Program-made: the position numbers and the translations under genes | The notes under the pieces: model-generated | What the model saw: the letters and a program-made list of their open reading frames with translations, nothing else | Told to the model about the DNA's origin: nothing | Databases searched by the model: none | NCBI GenBank assembly: GCA_009103225.1 | Contig: RHPI01001819.1 | Span: forward strand, 1 to 64,000 | DNA from: Chlorokybus atmophyticus | Taxonomy: Eukaryota > Plantae > Mesostigma and Chlorokybus algae | Direction: 5' to 3' | Length of the DNA stretch: 64,000 nt | Part shown: piece by piece, positions 1-12,100 of the stretch | Position numbering within the stretch: the first letter of the stretch is position 1 | How the letters are laid out: the number at the start of each line of letters is the position of its first letter

Positions 1-163
1 CTAACCCTAACCCTAACCCTAACCCTAACCCTAACCCTAACCCTAACCCTAACCCTAACCCTAACCCTAACCCTAACCCTAACCCTAACCCTAACCCTAA
101 CCCTAACCCTAACCCTAACCCTAACCCTAACCCTAACCCTAACCCTAACCCTAACCCTAACCC
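1..163. repeat. Terminal telomere array (CCCTAA)n, i.e. TTAGGG-type, left chromosome end
   Basis: About 27 perfect CCCTAA units from base 1, ending at ...ccctaaccc|caaattc. Confidence 0.98.
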
Positions 164-358
164 CAAATTCGGTGAACGGGTATATGCAAGAATAGGAGGC
201 TTAACCAACATTGCTTGTGAATGCTCATAACCTGCCTTGTCGTGCAAAGCTTGCAATGACAACAATTCCCGTAGTTTCAACCATTTGTGTCGAGGGGTAA
301 GTGTTATTTTAAACACATTGGTTTTTTGTGGACGGAACTTGGCTCTCCTCTGTCAGGG

Positions 359-370
359 CTAACCCTAACC
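359..370. repeat. Short internal telomere seed (CTAACC)2
   Basis: ctaaccctaacc directly abuts cacaccatgcgg, the point where the homologous copy (rc of ~12740) continues with unrelated sequence. Confidence 0.65.
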
Positions 371-2446
371 CACACCATGCGGAGGGGGATGCGGCAGGGC
401 TCACAAAGAATGTTACGACTTCTCGTGCCATGGTATTGGTGCCGGGCTTAGCGCCAAGTTAGCTGCCCGCTAATCGCTCACGACTATCTAGAGGAATGGC
501 GCCACTAGGACAAAAAGATGCACGACGCTGTGCAACAGTATCCACTGTAAACGCTGAGTACTGGCATGGTGCACAGGAGTGGCATTACTGCAGCTTCTGA
601 GATTCTCGCCGCAAACTGAAGCTGGATGTTTCCTGCGCATTCTGCCACAACATCCCGAAGATTGACTTAGAGCATCACAACGCAGGCAATCACGTGACTT
701 GAATGCTCAGAGTGCCACAAAATCAACCATCAGATGGTTCAGCAAGCTTTTGGCGACCCTCGTACTACGAGTAGTATACTAGTAGTATAACCCTGCTGAT
801 CCACGCCGTTGGCTCAACAACTACTGTAAAGCACAGCTGCACCGTTGTCAGTGCCTTTGTGCTCGGTGGCGGGAAGCGCATACCTCACAAGAGTCTTCCG
901 GCATGCCTTTGCTTTTTGTTCCCACTAATCAGCTCCCAAACGGTGTGGACAATACGGAGCCTTTCTATAATCACTTGTGTGTGACCTGGAAAACCTCTAC
1001 TGAAACAGTGCTAGTATTAGTCATGGCCTTAACGACCGTGTGCTCGATCAACGTCCAGGTAATAACTTGGTTTTAACACATCATATCACATATGTTACAT
1101 AAAGTCGCATGGGCACTGTCCAGAGTCCACGAGTTATGCAATCCATTGTAGTGTTTGCTTAAGTCTCATAAGTGCTTTTCAATGACTACGACTTGTTTAT
1201 AGCATATCTGCCTTCTTGCGGTCTATGAGACTGTTATAGGATGCACTGCCTAGTGCGGCCTATCAGACCGGTATTATGAGATTCGGATGTTGCCTACAAT
1301 GCAGGTCAAGAGATGACGCTGCGGGCAGGGTAGTGCTGTGGGCATAAATGAGTAACCAGCCAGCTCGATGTGAGATAGGCCAATTTAATAATGTGGCCTC
1401 GTCCCCTACCGGCGTTGTCTCCTTAAAGCCACTCGACACCAAGTACCCCGGCTTGCTGAGCAGAGTGAAGATACCACGAGGTTATGTGCTGACGATTGTG
1501 GTGGTGACAATCGCTGCTACCGCCGCCATCCCCAAGTAGGGAAGGCAGAAAGAGCAGAACAGGATGCATATGACAATGTGTGCATGGTGGACTCACTCGA
1601 TGGCTAAAACCGAGAACGTAAATTAATGGAGTGCGGCATCACTAGCAAATCTCCATTCTGGTGGTTGTGGCATTTGCATGCGTTTAACCTTTACCGCAAC
1701 TTGCTAGATGACACGATGCACATGTTGCTAGAGGGGCTTTGCAAGAGTTTTGTGCATAATACGCTTGGCGTAGACAGTTAAAAGCATGTTCAAGACATTG
1801 CCAAGGTGGAGCGCATGCTGTCCCAGATACGCATTTCAAGCCCATGGACGTGAAAACAAAACATTATAAGAGGCATTAGCGAGCACCTGGCTTTGTTCAA
1901 GACCCACGACTTGCAAATATTCGTGCATTTGCTTTGCCATACGCCGTGTCCGATTTGGCAGACGAAGCAACCAGAGACGTCAGCTTGTGCTTCACTTGAT
2001 TATCCGCATCTTCTTCCACAACTCTCGCCTACATGCACACCCGTTGACGTAAAAGGACTATGCATGGTCCGTGTCTTTGGACCAAAATATTTCCCTGCTA
2101 AAGAAAATTAGCGTATTATGTCTGTTCCGACTGTCATTGACAGCCGGACCACACACGGACCGAAGTTCACATGAATGAAGTCATGTTTTTTTCGGGGCCG
2201 CACCATGGCATGGCGCGCAAAGAGTACGTAGTCGAGGCAACTTGGCACATCTTACCTGTTGACCGCATGTTGTGGGGTAAGTTGCAAGTCAACATACTCA
2301 AACTCAAGGATGTTTGGTGCACGCATGAATCAGTCATGCTGCTGTGTAGCATACGGATGCAAGTTGCTCGTTACGATGAGATTATGCACTGCAAGCACAA
2401 TATCCGCAACACGCAAGTTAGTGCCAATGATTGCATTCCCAAATAG
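371..2446 (+). pseudogene. Degenerate CACTA (Tnp2/Transposase_21-DUF4218-like) transposase
   Basis: Fragments resemble CACTA motifs: DPRNITLLIHAVG (cf. DPRNxRLxLxxDG, intact in copy B), PNGVDNTEPFYNHL (cf. PxNDIDVYLQPL), FKTHDLQIFVHLL (cf. LKSHDCHVLMQ), WHILP...WCTHESVM (cf. H-L...W-M-Y-P-F-E). Many stops and frameshifts. Confidence 0.6.
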
Positions 2447-4004
2447 TTGGCAACAGCATCACGAAGGGATAATTGTAGTAATAATGCATATTGTATAGGG
2501 GAACAAATTAATGCCTACACATGTCGGGCAGTGCCGGCATGCACGGAAAGGCAAAGTAAACCTGGCGTGGTGTTAAGTGCAGCATAAGGTAAGGAGTTTA
2601 CGCCATTACTCACACCGCTAGCACATGCAACATTTATGGGCATTCCTCGGGTCTTATCTTGATATAGTCGTGTTAACGTTTTCACATGTGCAATTGCCGC
2701 TTTTGCTCCAAATCGCCTATTGGTGACTCATTTCCATTTTTTACATCAATGCTTGCTAAAGGTGTTGACTGTCCCCGCTAGGCGTTGTCTTTTAACTCAT
2801 TGATGCCAGCAGCATTAAAAGTTGGTATGCAGGTGAGATATTATCAACATGCCTTGGAGCGGGACCGACCAATTATAATCACAATCAAGCATGCAGAGCG
2901 CACGATGCGCGAGGGAGAAGTGTGTGCCGGGCTTATCAACACGAGAAAAGGTTTGTACACATATTGTTTTGTGATGCGCTGCGTCACACCTTTCGCTTAG
3001 CTTACTCGCGTGACTTAAATGCGCGTTTTACAGACGTTTATAATTACCACCATTGTAACGCTTACAATGTTGTAAAAGTTGTCAACATTTATAAATGGAA
3101 GTCGTCAACTGCGGTGTTGATCAAGTGTCCTTGTTGACACTTGATCAACACCGCACATGACGACTTCGATGTATGGATTAAACGTATTAGTACGTTACTA
3201 ACGCAGCTATTGCTTACTGAGTACAATATCAATTGCGCTTCAAGCTTGAAACCACTTGATTCAAGCTTGTTATTTACTACAAGCACCTGTGTAACTGCAC
3301 GAAGAAGGGGAATTGTAAATGATGTTTCATGCTAAGCGCGGGGTCGGATATGATAACACAAGATCAACATGGTTAAGCATGTATACATCATGTGCTTATT
3401 ATGCACATAAGGCAACTTCACTTCCACTGCGATAATCACATAATCATAAGATGACATTAATGTAACCATGTATCTATTGCGGTTTTTAGGACAATGCGAG
3501 GAGAGGTTCAGTAAAGGAGATTTGCTCATCTTTGGTTGATATACATGTATGAGATATGCTAGTGCATGCCACGCTGATTAAGTGGTATTCACACACAAGT
3601 ATGATAGTGGGAATAAAGTTTCTGAGTTAAGTAACTCACATTTCATACCCCATGTGCATGCGTGACATGCTATTTGGCGTGCTAAGGTGGTGCCGTGCAA
3701 CCAGTAACAGCTGCAGACGATGCACTGTTAATGCCACATGCTAGGGTTCTTTTATCTTGCACATGTACAGCCTCAAGTATCTTGCACTTGACATACATTG
3801 TCAATACCACATGCACACCCTCATGCACAACCTCCAGTGTCATGCACATGAACAGCATGACCAAACGCAAATGCACAGCCTATTTCTACTTGCTGGAGCT
3901 CACAAGTCGCAAAAGAGAAGCTGCGGAGTACCACGAACGGGTAATCCATGACCTAGTTTAATGTTTCTAGCGGTGATTAAGCAGTATGCTTGCAGATTGC
4001 CATG

Positions 4005-4322
4005 TTAGTCAGAGTGAACCGAGAGCAGCGCGGCAGGCTGACTGTTTGCCTGGCGGAGTGCAACAAAGCAGAAGACGAGGTAAGCGTGTGTATGCTGATG
4101 GGCTAGTCCTCTGGCAGCACGCCACTCTTACAGCATTACCAAATGCAGGTGGTCACTCTCAAAGCGACCATCAAGCGCATGCGCGTGCACGGCGAGGCGC
4201 TGACGTTCAAGCTGAAGGACGAAGTAGCCGCTGTACTGTCAGCGAGCGAGGCAGCGGATGAAGATGACTCCGGCGTTGAAGCAGAAGACTCGTCGGAGGA
4301 GGAACAGGAGGAGGGAGTTTGA
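4005..4322 (+). CDS. Two exons of an unknown acidic-tailed protein, probably the second (TnpA-like) CACTA gene
   Basis: ...CLAECNKAEDE|GTAAGC intron 4080-4148 ...ATGCAG|VVTLKATIKRMRVHGEALTFKLKDE...EEEQEEGV*. The phase-0 splice keeps the frame. The 5' start is not defined. Confidence 0.4.
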
Positions 4323-4869
4323 GGAGGAGTTCTGAGGCAGGCACCACAGGTTGACAAGCTGCGCATGAGTCCGACAGCTAGACTCAATGTTATAGGGTAG
4401 TTTCATGCGCAAGTCGGCTGCTCAGTTGCAAGTGGACATACTCTCACCACTGCCCGTACATTGTATATATTGTGGGCTTTTGGGTGCAAGACCAAACAAT
4501 CAGTCCAAGGATTGTACAAGCTGCATGGCATGTTAGTGTTGGCTTACGGCAAGAATTGCCAACTTTTGTTAAACGGCAAGGGTCACATATTAACAGCAGT
4601 GTAACGGCAAAGAAACTGCCGGCTATTGCTGTCAGCTGTCCGTAACTACCGGCTAACGGCCGTCTGTGCACATCGACCAAAGGGTAACTGGTTGACAACT
4701 CTTGGCCGGTTAGTGCCACTGACAACCACTTTCGGCCCGCGGCCGTCTGCGTCAGTCCACTTAAGCCAACGGCAAACCCAACAGTCTAAAAGTAATATTT
4801 CAGGCAGCGACAGGCAGGCTCAGGCACCAGTCAGTCCCTCAGTCCTTGGTCAGTCACCGTGTAAAATTT

Positions 4870-5330
4870 GCGACGAACGTGCGTTAAAAGCTGTTTTCTC
4901 CACATCCTCGGGCGCGATGCAGATATGGTGATAACCTCCAGCAAGATCAAGTGTTGTGAAGTACTGCGCACCTTGCATTTGCTCCAGCAACTCGTCGATA
5001 CATGGGAGTGGAAAGCAATTCCTCTTCATGATGTTGTTGAGAGCTCGGTAGTCGACGCACATGTGCAAGCTCCCGTTCTTCTTTCGTACAAACAAAATAA
5101 GTGCACTATAAGGGAACTTACTAGGCCTGATGTAGCCTCTTTTCAGCAAGTCCGCCACCTGCCTCTTGGCCTCTTCCAGCTCTAAAGGTGACAACTTGTA
5201 TACGGGTCGATACAGTAGCTTGTGCACGCCCGCAATCAGCTCCACACGGTGGTCTACGCTCTGTGAAGGTGGTAGGCCAGATGGAAGTCCGTCCACCATG
5301 ATATCTTGGTATGCTTTAACAAGTTTACAC
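4870..5330 (-). pseudogene. pol: Reverse transcriptase N-terminal fragment (Gypsy 1)
   Basis: YRPVYKLSPLELEEAKRQV...YIRPSKFPYSALILFVRKKNGSLHMCVDYRALN...LDLAGGYHHI...KTAFN; cut before the YxDD motif. Confidence 0.92.
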
Positions 5331-6401
5331 ACCTCGGGGTCTATCGTAGCCGTCTTAACATCGTCACTCAGCTCCGGTGCTGACGTTTCAGTGTTTTCGC
5401 GCACCATGCACAACCATGCAGCCTTTGCCTTCCGTGAAGACAAAAGCTTCCTCAATTGCACATAAGAGATCTGGTCAATTGTCGTACCACCTGATTGTGC
5501 GTGCCGCAATTCGATGACGGCCGACGCAGCTATGGCAAAATCTCTCTTGCTTTCCACAAAGCGATCTTCCTCTTCAACAGGGCATGCGCGCATACTTTGA
5601 ATAGACTCTCCACCGTTTTGATGGTGAGCACGCGCTTCCTCCAATTAATGGATGGATTATGTTGCCATAGCCACGGTAGTCCCAAAATCCCGTCAAACCC
5701 GTTTCGTAGGGTGATGCAGCAAAATCGCATGTTCTCCTTCGTCTTCCTAATGCGAACGCACAACTCTTTAGTCATTAATGAGCGCCATTACCTCCAGAGG
5801 GTGACTCTCCATTAGCGAGCTCCACTTCACCTCCTCGTAATGATAAAAGCCAACCGTAACGCCACGCAATATCAATACTCATAAAGTTGCTGTTGGCACC
5901 GCTTTCAATCATAAGCTTGCACTCTCTCCATTGTCATTGGTCATTGCACATGTGTGCTCGAAGCCCGCAGTACTTTATTGTCTCCTCTTTGCATAACTCA
6001 CCATTGGCGCGTTCATAGCAATCTCCTCTTGCTTCATTGATGGAATGTCACAGCATCCGTCCGTACATGAGGCTCCTTCCTATCCCCAGCAGTAGCCTCC
6101 TCACCTACTGGGGGAAGTCGTGTTCCTGCTCCACGCCCTTTTGTTTCATGGTGTTGACGCGACGATCACGGCGAGGGTTGCCATCCGGTGTTGGCCTTTG
6201 CGTGCTTCATTTGGGGCATCCGTACGCCAATTGCTCAGTCGACCCACACGCATAACACTTGCGCACAACTTTACCTCTTTCACCACGTCCGCCGTGCTCC
6301 GCCTCACTTCCATGCGTGTGTATGGCACCCACCTCCATTGGTGCAGGCCCAAAGTCAGCTCCACCTCCATTGGCAAGCGCTAAACTTGGTTCTCCTCATC
6401 T

Positions 6402-7133
6402 CTATGCATGTTGAAAGCCTCCCCGGGGCTGATCACCATGCCTTTGCCTCCAGTCAGTGTTTTTTTCGGTAGACTTGAGATACAACGCGTCGTGACGCTC
6501 CGCGATGCGCATAGCCTCCGCGAGTGTCTTCGGGTCCCGTAGCTCCACGTCTTTACGCCCCAAAGGTTTTAAACCACGTGTATACCTGTCCAGCGGCTCC
6601 TCCTCGGTCATATTGGGTATGGACATCACCAATCGCTGAAACGCAGCCGTGGACGCCATCACCGACCCCATTTGCACAAGGGCTGCAAGTTTGTCACATG
6701 CGGCCTTCATGCTCTCAACAGGAACAAATAGAAGCCTGACCTCGATTGCCAACTCTTCCATGGCGGTCAATGGTAGCGCCAACCCATTTGCGACACGCGT
6801 ACATTGATGCCTCCACCACACAAGTGCTGGACCTTCAAGCAATGTCGCGGCAACCTCCACATGTAAGTGTGTGGGTACCTCCGTCAGCTTCAACCATGAT
6901 GACACTTGGAAGAGCCACTCGTCCACAACATCTCCATCACGTTGACCCTTGAATGGCTTTGGCTTTGGCACCTTCACATGCACGCGCGAGCTTGACGCCG
7001 TGGGAACTTGTGCATGCGCCATTGCACGCTCGTATGCCTCGCATTGTGCTTGTGCCGCCGCTTGCATGTGATGAAGCTCTTCTCGCAGTGCCAAGACTGC
7101 ATTTTGAAGCTCCTCAACACGGACATCCTCCAT
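6402..7133 (-). CDS. gag: Retrotransposon Gag (Gypsy 1)
   Basis: KPKPFKGQRD...EWLFQV...LLEGPALVWW...RYTRGLK...TLAEAMRIAE, typical Gypsy capsid. Confidence 0.88.
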   Translation of the reverse strand: MEDVRVEELQNAVLALREELHHMQAAAQAQCEAYERAMAHAQVPTASSSRVHVKVPKPKPFKGQRDGDVVDEWLFQVSSWLKLTEVPTHLHVEVAATLLEGPALVWWRHQCTRVANGLALPLTAMEELAIEVRLLFVPVESMKAACDKLAALVQMGSVMASTAAFQRLVMSIPNMTEEEPLDRYTRGLKPLGRKDVELRDPKTLAEAMRIAERHDALYLKSTEKNTDWRQRHGDQPRGGFQHA

Positions 7134-7216
7134 CTTTACCTCCTTTCCTTCACAAGTAGAGTGTAAACGCAGCCTCGTCCCTTAAAACGCTACCACACTC
7201 GCACCTCCGCGACCGT

Positions 7217-7229
7217 GGCTTCGATACCA
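7217..7229 (-). promoter_or_regulatory. Primer-binding site TGGTATCGAAGCC (initiator tRNA-Met type)
   Basis: Lies 2 nt after the LTR end ...GTCACA (7232) on the minus strand. Confidence 0.75.
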
Positions 7230-7231
7230 GT

Positions 7232-7822
7232 TGTGACGGTCGTGCCTTGTCACCTGTGAGTTGGTCCAATCAACAACCCTATCACCAAGACACGGTATTC
7301 ACACCGGAACCTTACCCCTTAAGCCAAGCACACACGCGCGCCCCGCCACTCGCGTACGCACGCGCATGCGCTCCAAGCTACACCCCGACTTGTGTAGCGC
7401 CTTGGATCGTCACACAAGCAAGCACACACAAGTGAACACATGCTAGCAACTCCTGTTAACCACCACCAAGCTTGCACACCAGAAACTAGGGAGCTAAAGG
7501 TTGTAATGCAAATTTTAAAATGTCATTTTTATACCTACCAGTCTGCACATGCTACTGACTAGACAATTCTAGCGCAACTCCTGTTAACCACCACCAAGCT
7601 TGCACACCAGAAACTAGGGAGCTAAAGGTTGTAATGCAAATTTTAAAATGTCATTTTTATACCTACCAGTCTGCACATGCTACCGATTATTCTAGCGCTA
7701 GAAGGAACTAGAAGCTAAGATACTCTTGCAGAATCTTGTAGTACACTTCTAGAACTTTCCAACGCACCAAATATCTCCTCATTTGCTGCTCATATGGTCA
7801 AGTTATACTACTTGGCGCCAGG
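7232..7822 (-). repeat. 5' LTR of Gypsy 1, truncated by a telomere repeat, with an internal 128-bp tandem duplication
   Basis: Homologous to 33118-33575; near-identical duplicated block starting at 7446 and at 7574. Confidence 0.8.
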
Positions 7823-7823
7823 A

Positions 7824-7847
7824 TTAGGGTTAGGGTTAGGGTTAGGG
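7824..7847. repeat. Interstitial telomeric sequence (TTAGGG)4, polarity opposite to the terminal array
   Basis: ggcgccagga-ttagggttagggttagggttaggg-ccgc. Confidence 0.95.
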
Positions 7848-8080
7848 CCGCAATTGGAAGAGCCAAATTGCTAGGTAAACCAAGCGGATGAATTCTTATG
7901 TGTGGTCCTCGCAGTTATCAACGAAGTACACGGCTATTAATTTAGTGCTGCAAGTTACTTTCAGTGCACATATGTCGTGCTTGTGTTTTGGCTTGCGTAT
8001 GTATTCAGTTGGATCAGTTGAAGTAAGTGTTGACGTAATGGTTGTGTAGCCAGCCGTGTGTTAAACTCAAGCGACCCAAT

Positions 8081-8460
8081 CACAGGGGTTTTTGCGCGCG
8101 GATCAATTTGAGGCAGCGCGCAGACCACGTCTGGTAAGCTATGGCGTACCATTGCTGCGACTGGTCCGGCGTGATCGGACCACTGGTGGTCCGGCCCTGG
8201 ACCGACCAAACCAGGGCTAGTCGCGTGCCCCGCGGCCTGGAGACCGGTACAGCAATGGTTAGCACGCGGCCTGTGCAGTAGGACCAAGGCGAATCGTATC
8301 ATACGTTGCGGCCTATAAGCCAAGGCAGCACTGGTACATCACAGATGTACCGCATAGACCAATTATAAATCAAAGCAGGACCATGCTGCACTGATGGCAT
8401 GGTCCCGGATAAGCACTCAACAACTGTCAAGCACTAACTCATGAATACCATGGACCAGAG
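8081..8460 (+). mobile_element. CACAG terminus and GGACC/GGTCC-rich subterminal arm of a CACTA-like element (probable 5' end of copy B)
   Basis: CACAGGGGTTTTTGCGCGCGG...; the same terminal ~120 bp occurs at 33600 (+) and 47102 (-). Confidence 0.65.
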
Positions 8461-9177
8461 TTGGAGCGGCACATTGGCAGCTACCTAGATCAGACTATTG
8501 GGTACCTAGCCTGGGCACCATCAAAATTGCTGTAATATATGGCACGTATAGTACTGACACCACTCTCGCAGATCGATGTTAACAATAATGGACATAATGT
8601 CCGATGGTGACACGCCCTTGAGAGAAATGGGTGTCAACACCAAAGAGCATGCCGGCTATTAATTGGCCACGACTTGCGCGTAGTGGTATCACCACCATAC
8701 ATCAACATGTACAGAATTGCGATTGTAATGTTGATGCTTACACGCTACGCAAGCATCGCACGACAACAGCGATATATAAGTGTTGATTTATTGTAACCAG
8801 CAAAAAGAGTTAACAATCATGCAATAATAAAATTGATGGAAGACCGTTGCCTCTTAGGCTAGACACATACATTACGGTGTGGCAACAACGGCGCCCTTGG
8901 GACGAAAGCATATAACACACCTCACCTGATTCTTTGCTTTCAAAGTTACGTGTGCCAATGCTAAACGAGTAGCAGGTAGTGGGCTGCATGGTCCCCTGTC
9001 CATTTGCTAGAGTTACAGGCTTGCGCTGCAATTTTGGCGGCGGCGGCAGCGGTGGCAACAACTTTTGGGGCAGCTAGCTTCGTGGGTACTACTCATGCAC
9101 CCAATATGGCTGACCGAAAAGCAGTTGATATTGCTAAAAGACTTCACAAGTCTATTGGACTCAAGCTACCTGCAATC

Positions 9178-12100
9178 ATCTTGTAATTATGTGATTATCG
9201 CAATGGATGTGAAGTTGCCTTACGTGCATAATAAGCACATCATATATACATGCATTACCATGTTGATGTTGTGTTATTATATCCGACCCCGCGCTTAGCA
9301 TGAAACATCATTTGCAATTCCCCTTTTTCTTGCAGTTACACAGCTGCTTGTAGTAAATAACAAGCTTGAATCAAGTGGTTTAAAGCTTAAAGCGCAGCTG
9401 ATATTGTACTCAGAAGGTAATAGTTGCGTTTGCAGCATAATAATATGTTTAATTCATACATCGAAGTCGTCAAGTGCGGTGTTGATCAAGTGTCAACAAG
9501 GACACTTCAATGTATAAATGTTGACAACTTTTACAACATTGTAAGCGTTACAATGGTGGTGATTATAAAAGTATGAAAAACGCGCATTTAAGTCACGCGA
9601 GTAAGCTAAGCGAAAGGTGTGACGCAGCGCATCACAAAACAATATGTGTACCAACCCTTTGTCGTGTTGATAAGCCCGGCACACACTTCTCCCTCGCGCT
9701 CGCCGTGCGCTCTGCATGCTTGATTGTGATTGAAAATGGTCGGTCCCGCTTCAAGGCATGTTGCTAATATTTCACCTGCATACCAACTTTTAGCGCTGCT
9801 GGCATCAGTTAGTTAAAGGACGACGCCTAGCAGGGACAGTCAACACCTTTAGCAAGCATTGATGTAATAGTTGGAATGAGTCACCAATAGGCGATTTGGA
9901 GCAAAAGCGGCAATTGCACATGTGAAAACGTTAACACGACTATCTTAAGACAAGACCCGAGGAATGCCCAAAAATGTTGCATGTGCTAGCGGTGTGAGTA
10001 ATGGCGTGAACTCCTTACCTTATACTGCACTTAGCCCCACGATAGCTCTTTTGATTGCTCTACTTTGCCTTTCCGTGTATGCCTGCACTGACCTACAGGT
10101 GTAGTCATCAAAATCTGTCTCCTACGACATGCATTATTACTACAATTATCCCTTCATGGTGCTGTTGCTGCATATTTCAAAATGCAATCATTGGCACTAA
10201 CTTGTGTGTTGCCGATGTTGTGCTTGCAGAGCATAATCTCATTTTAACGAGCAACTTGCATCCGCATGCTACACATCAGCATGACTGCTTCGTGCGTGCA
10301 CCAAACATCCTTGAATTTGAGTATGTTGACTTGCAACTTACCCCACAACATGCAGTCAACAAGTAAGAAGTGCCAAGTTGCCTCGATTACGTACTCTTTG
10401 CGCGCCATGCCATGGTGCGACCCTGATACAAATATGACTTCATTCATGTAAACTTCGGACCGTGTATGGTCCGGCTGTCAATGACGGTCGGAACAGACAT
10501 AGTACGCAAATTTTATTTGGCAAGGAAATATTCTGGTCCAAAGATACGGACCATTCATAGTCCTTTTACGTCAATCTTTTGATTGCTCTACTTTGCCTTT
10601 CCGTGCATGCCTGCACTGACCTACAGGTGTAATCATAAAAATCTGTCTCCTACGACATACATTATTACTACAATTATCCCTTCGTGATGCTGTTGCTGCA
10701 TACTTAAGAATGCAATCATTGGCACTAACTTGCGTGTTGCGGATGTTGTGCTTGCAGAGCATAATCTCATCTTAACGAGCAACTTGCATCCGCATGCTAC
10801 ACATCAGCATGACTGCTTCGTGCGTGCACCAAACATCCTTGAGTTTGAGTATGTTGACTTGCAACTTACCCCACAACATGCGGTCAACAGGTAAGATGTG
10901 CCAAGTTGCCTCGACTACGTACTCTTTGCGCGCCTGCCATGGTACGGCCCCGAAAAAAACATGACTTCATTCATATGAACTTTGGACCGTGTGTGGTCCG
11001 GCTGTCAATGACAGTCGGAACAGACATAATACGCTGATTTTATTTAGCAAGGAAATATTTTGGCCCAAAGACACGGACCAATCACAGTCTTTTTACGTCA
11101 ATCGGTGTGCATGTAAGGCAAGAGTTGTGGGAGAAGATGCAGATAATCAAGTGAAGCACAAGCTGACGTCTCTGGTTGCTTCGTCTAATAAATCGGACAC
11201 TGCGTATGGCAAAGCAAATGCACGAATATTTGCAAGTCGTGGGTCTTGAACAAAGCCAAGTGCTTGCTAATGCCTCTTGTTTTCTTTTCACGTCAATGGG
11301 CGTGAAATGCGTATCTGGAACAGCATGCGCTCCACCTTGGCAATGTCTTGAACATGCTTTTAACTGTCTACGCCAAGCGTACTATGCACAAAACTCTTGC
11401 AAAGCCCCTCTAGCAACATGTGCATCGTGTCATCCAGCAAGTTGCGGTAAAGGTTAAACGCATGCAAATGCCACAACCGCCAAAATGGAGATTTGCTGGT
11501 GATGCCGCACTCCATTAATTTACGTTTTCGGTTTCAGCCGTTGAGTGAGTCCACCATGCACACATTGTCATACGCATCCTGTTCTGCTCTCTCTGCCTTC
11601 TCTACTTGGGGATGGCGGCGGTAGCAGCGATTGTCACCACCAAAGTCGTCAGCACGTAACCTCGTGGTATCTTCACTCTGCTCAGCAAGCCGGGGTACTT
11701 GGTGTCGAGTGGCTTTAAGGAGACAACGCCGGTAGGGGACGAGGCCACATTATTAAATTGGCCTATCTCACATCGAGCTGGCTGGTTACTCATTTATGCC
11801 CACAGCACTACCCTGCCCGCAGCGTCATCTCTTGACCTGCATTGTAGGCAACATCCGCATCTCACAATACCGGTCTGATAGGCCGCACTGAGCAGTGCAG
11901 CCTATAACAGTCTCATGGACCGCAAGAAGGCGGATATGCTATAAACAAGTCGTAGTCATTGAAAAGCACTTATGAGACTTAAGCAAACACTACAATGGAT
12001 TGCATAACTCGTGGACTCTGGACCATGCGACTTTAGGTAACATATGTGATATGATGTGTTAAAACCAAGTTATTACCTGGTCGTCGATCGAGCACACGGC

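Larger units (their letters stand above)
371..4861 (+). mobile_element. 5'-truncated CACTA/EnSpm-like DNA transposon, copy A
   Basis: Homologous to 9178-13637. Contains decayed transposase motifs, a spliced acidic ORF, a repeat-rich 3' region (4600-4860) and a possible ...CCGTG terminus at 4857-4861, where Gypsy sequence resumes. The right boundary is approximate. Confidence 0.6.
4862..7822 (-). mobile_element. Ty3/Gypsy LTR retrotransposon 1, truncated at both ends
   Basis: On the minus strand: partial LTR, PBS, gag, protease remnant (LMIESGANSNF, ~5870-5930) and RT N-terminal half. Confidence 0.92.
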
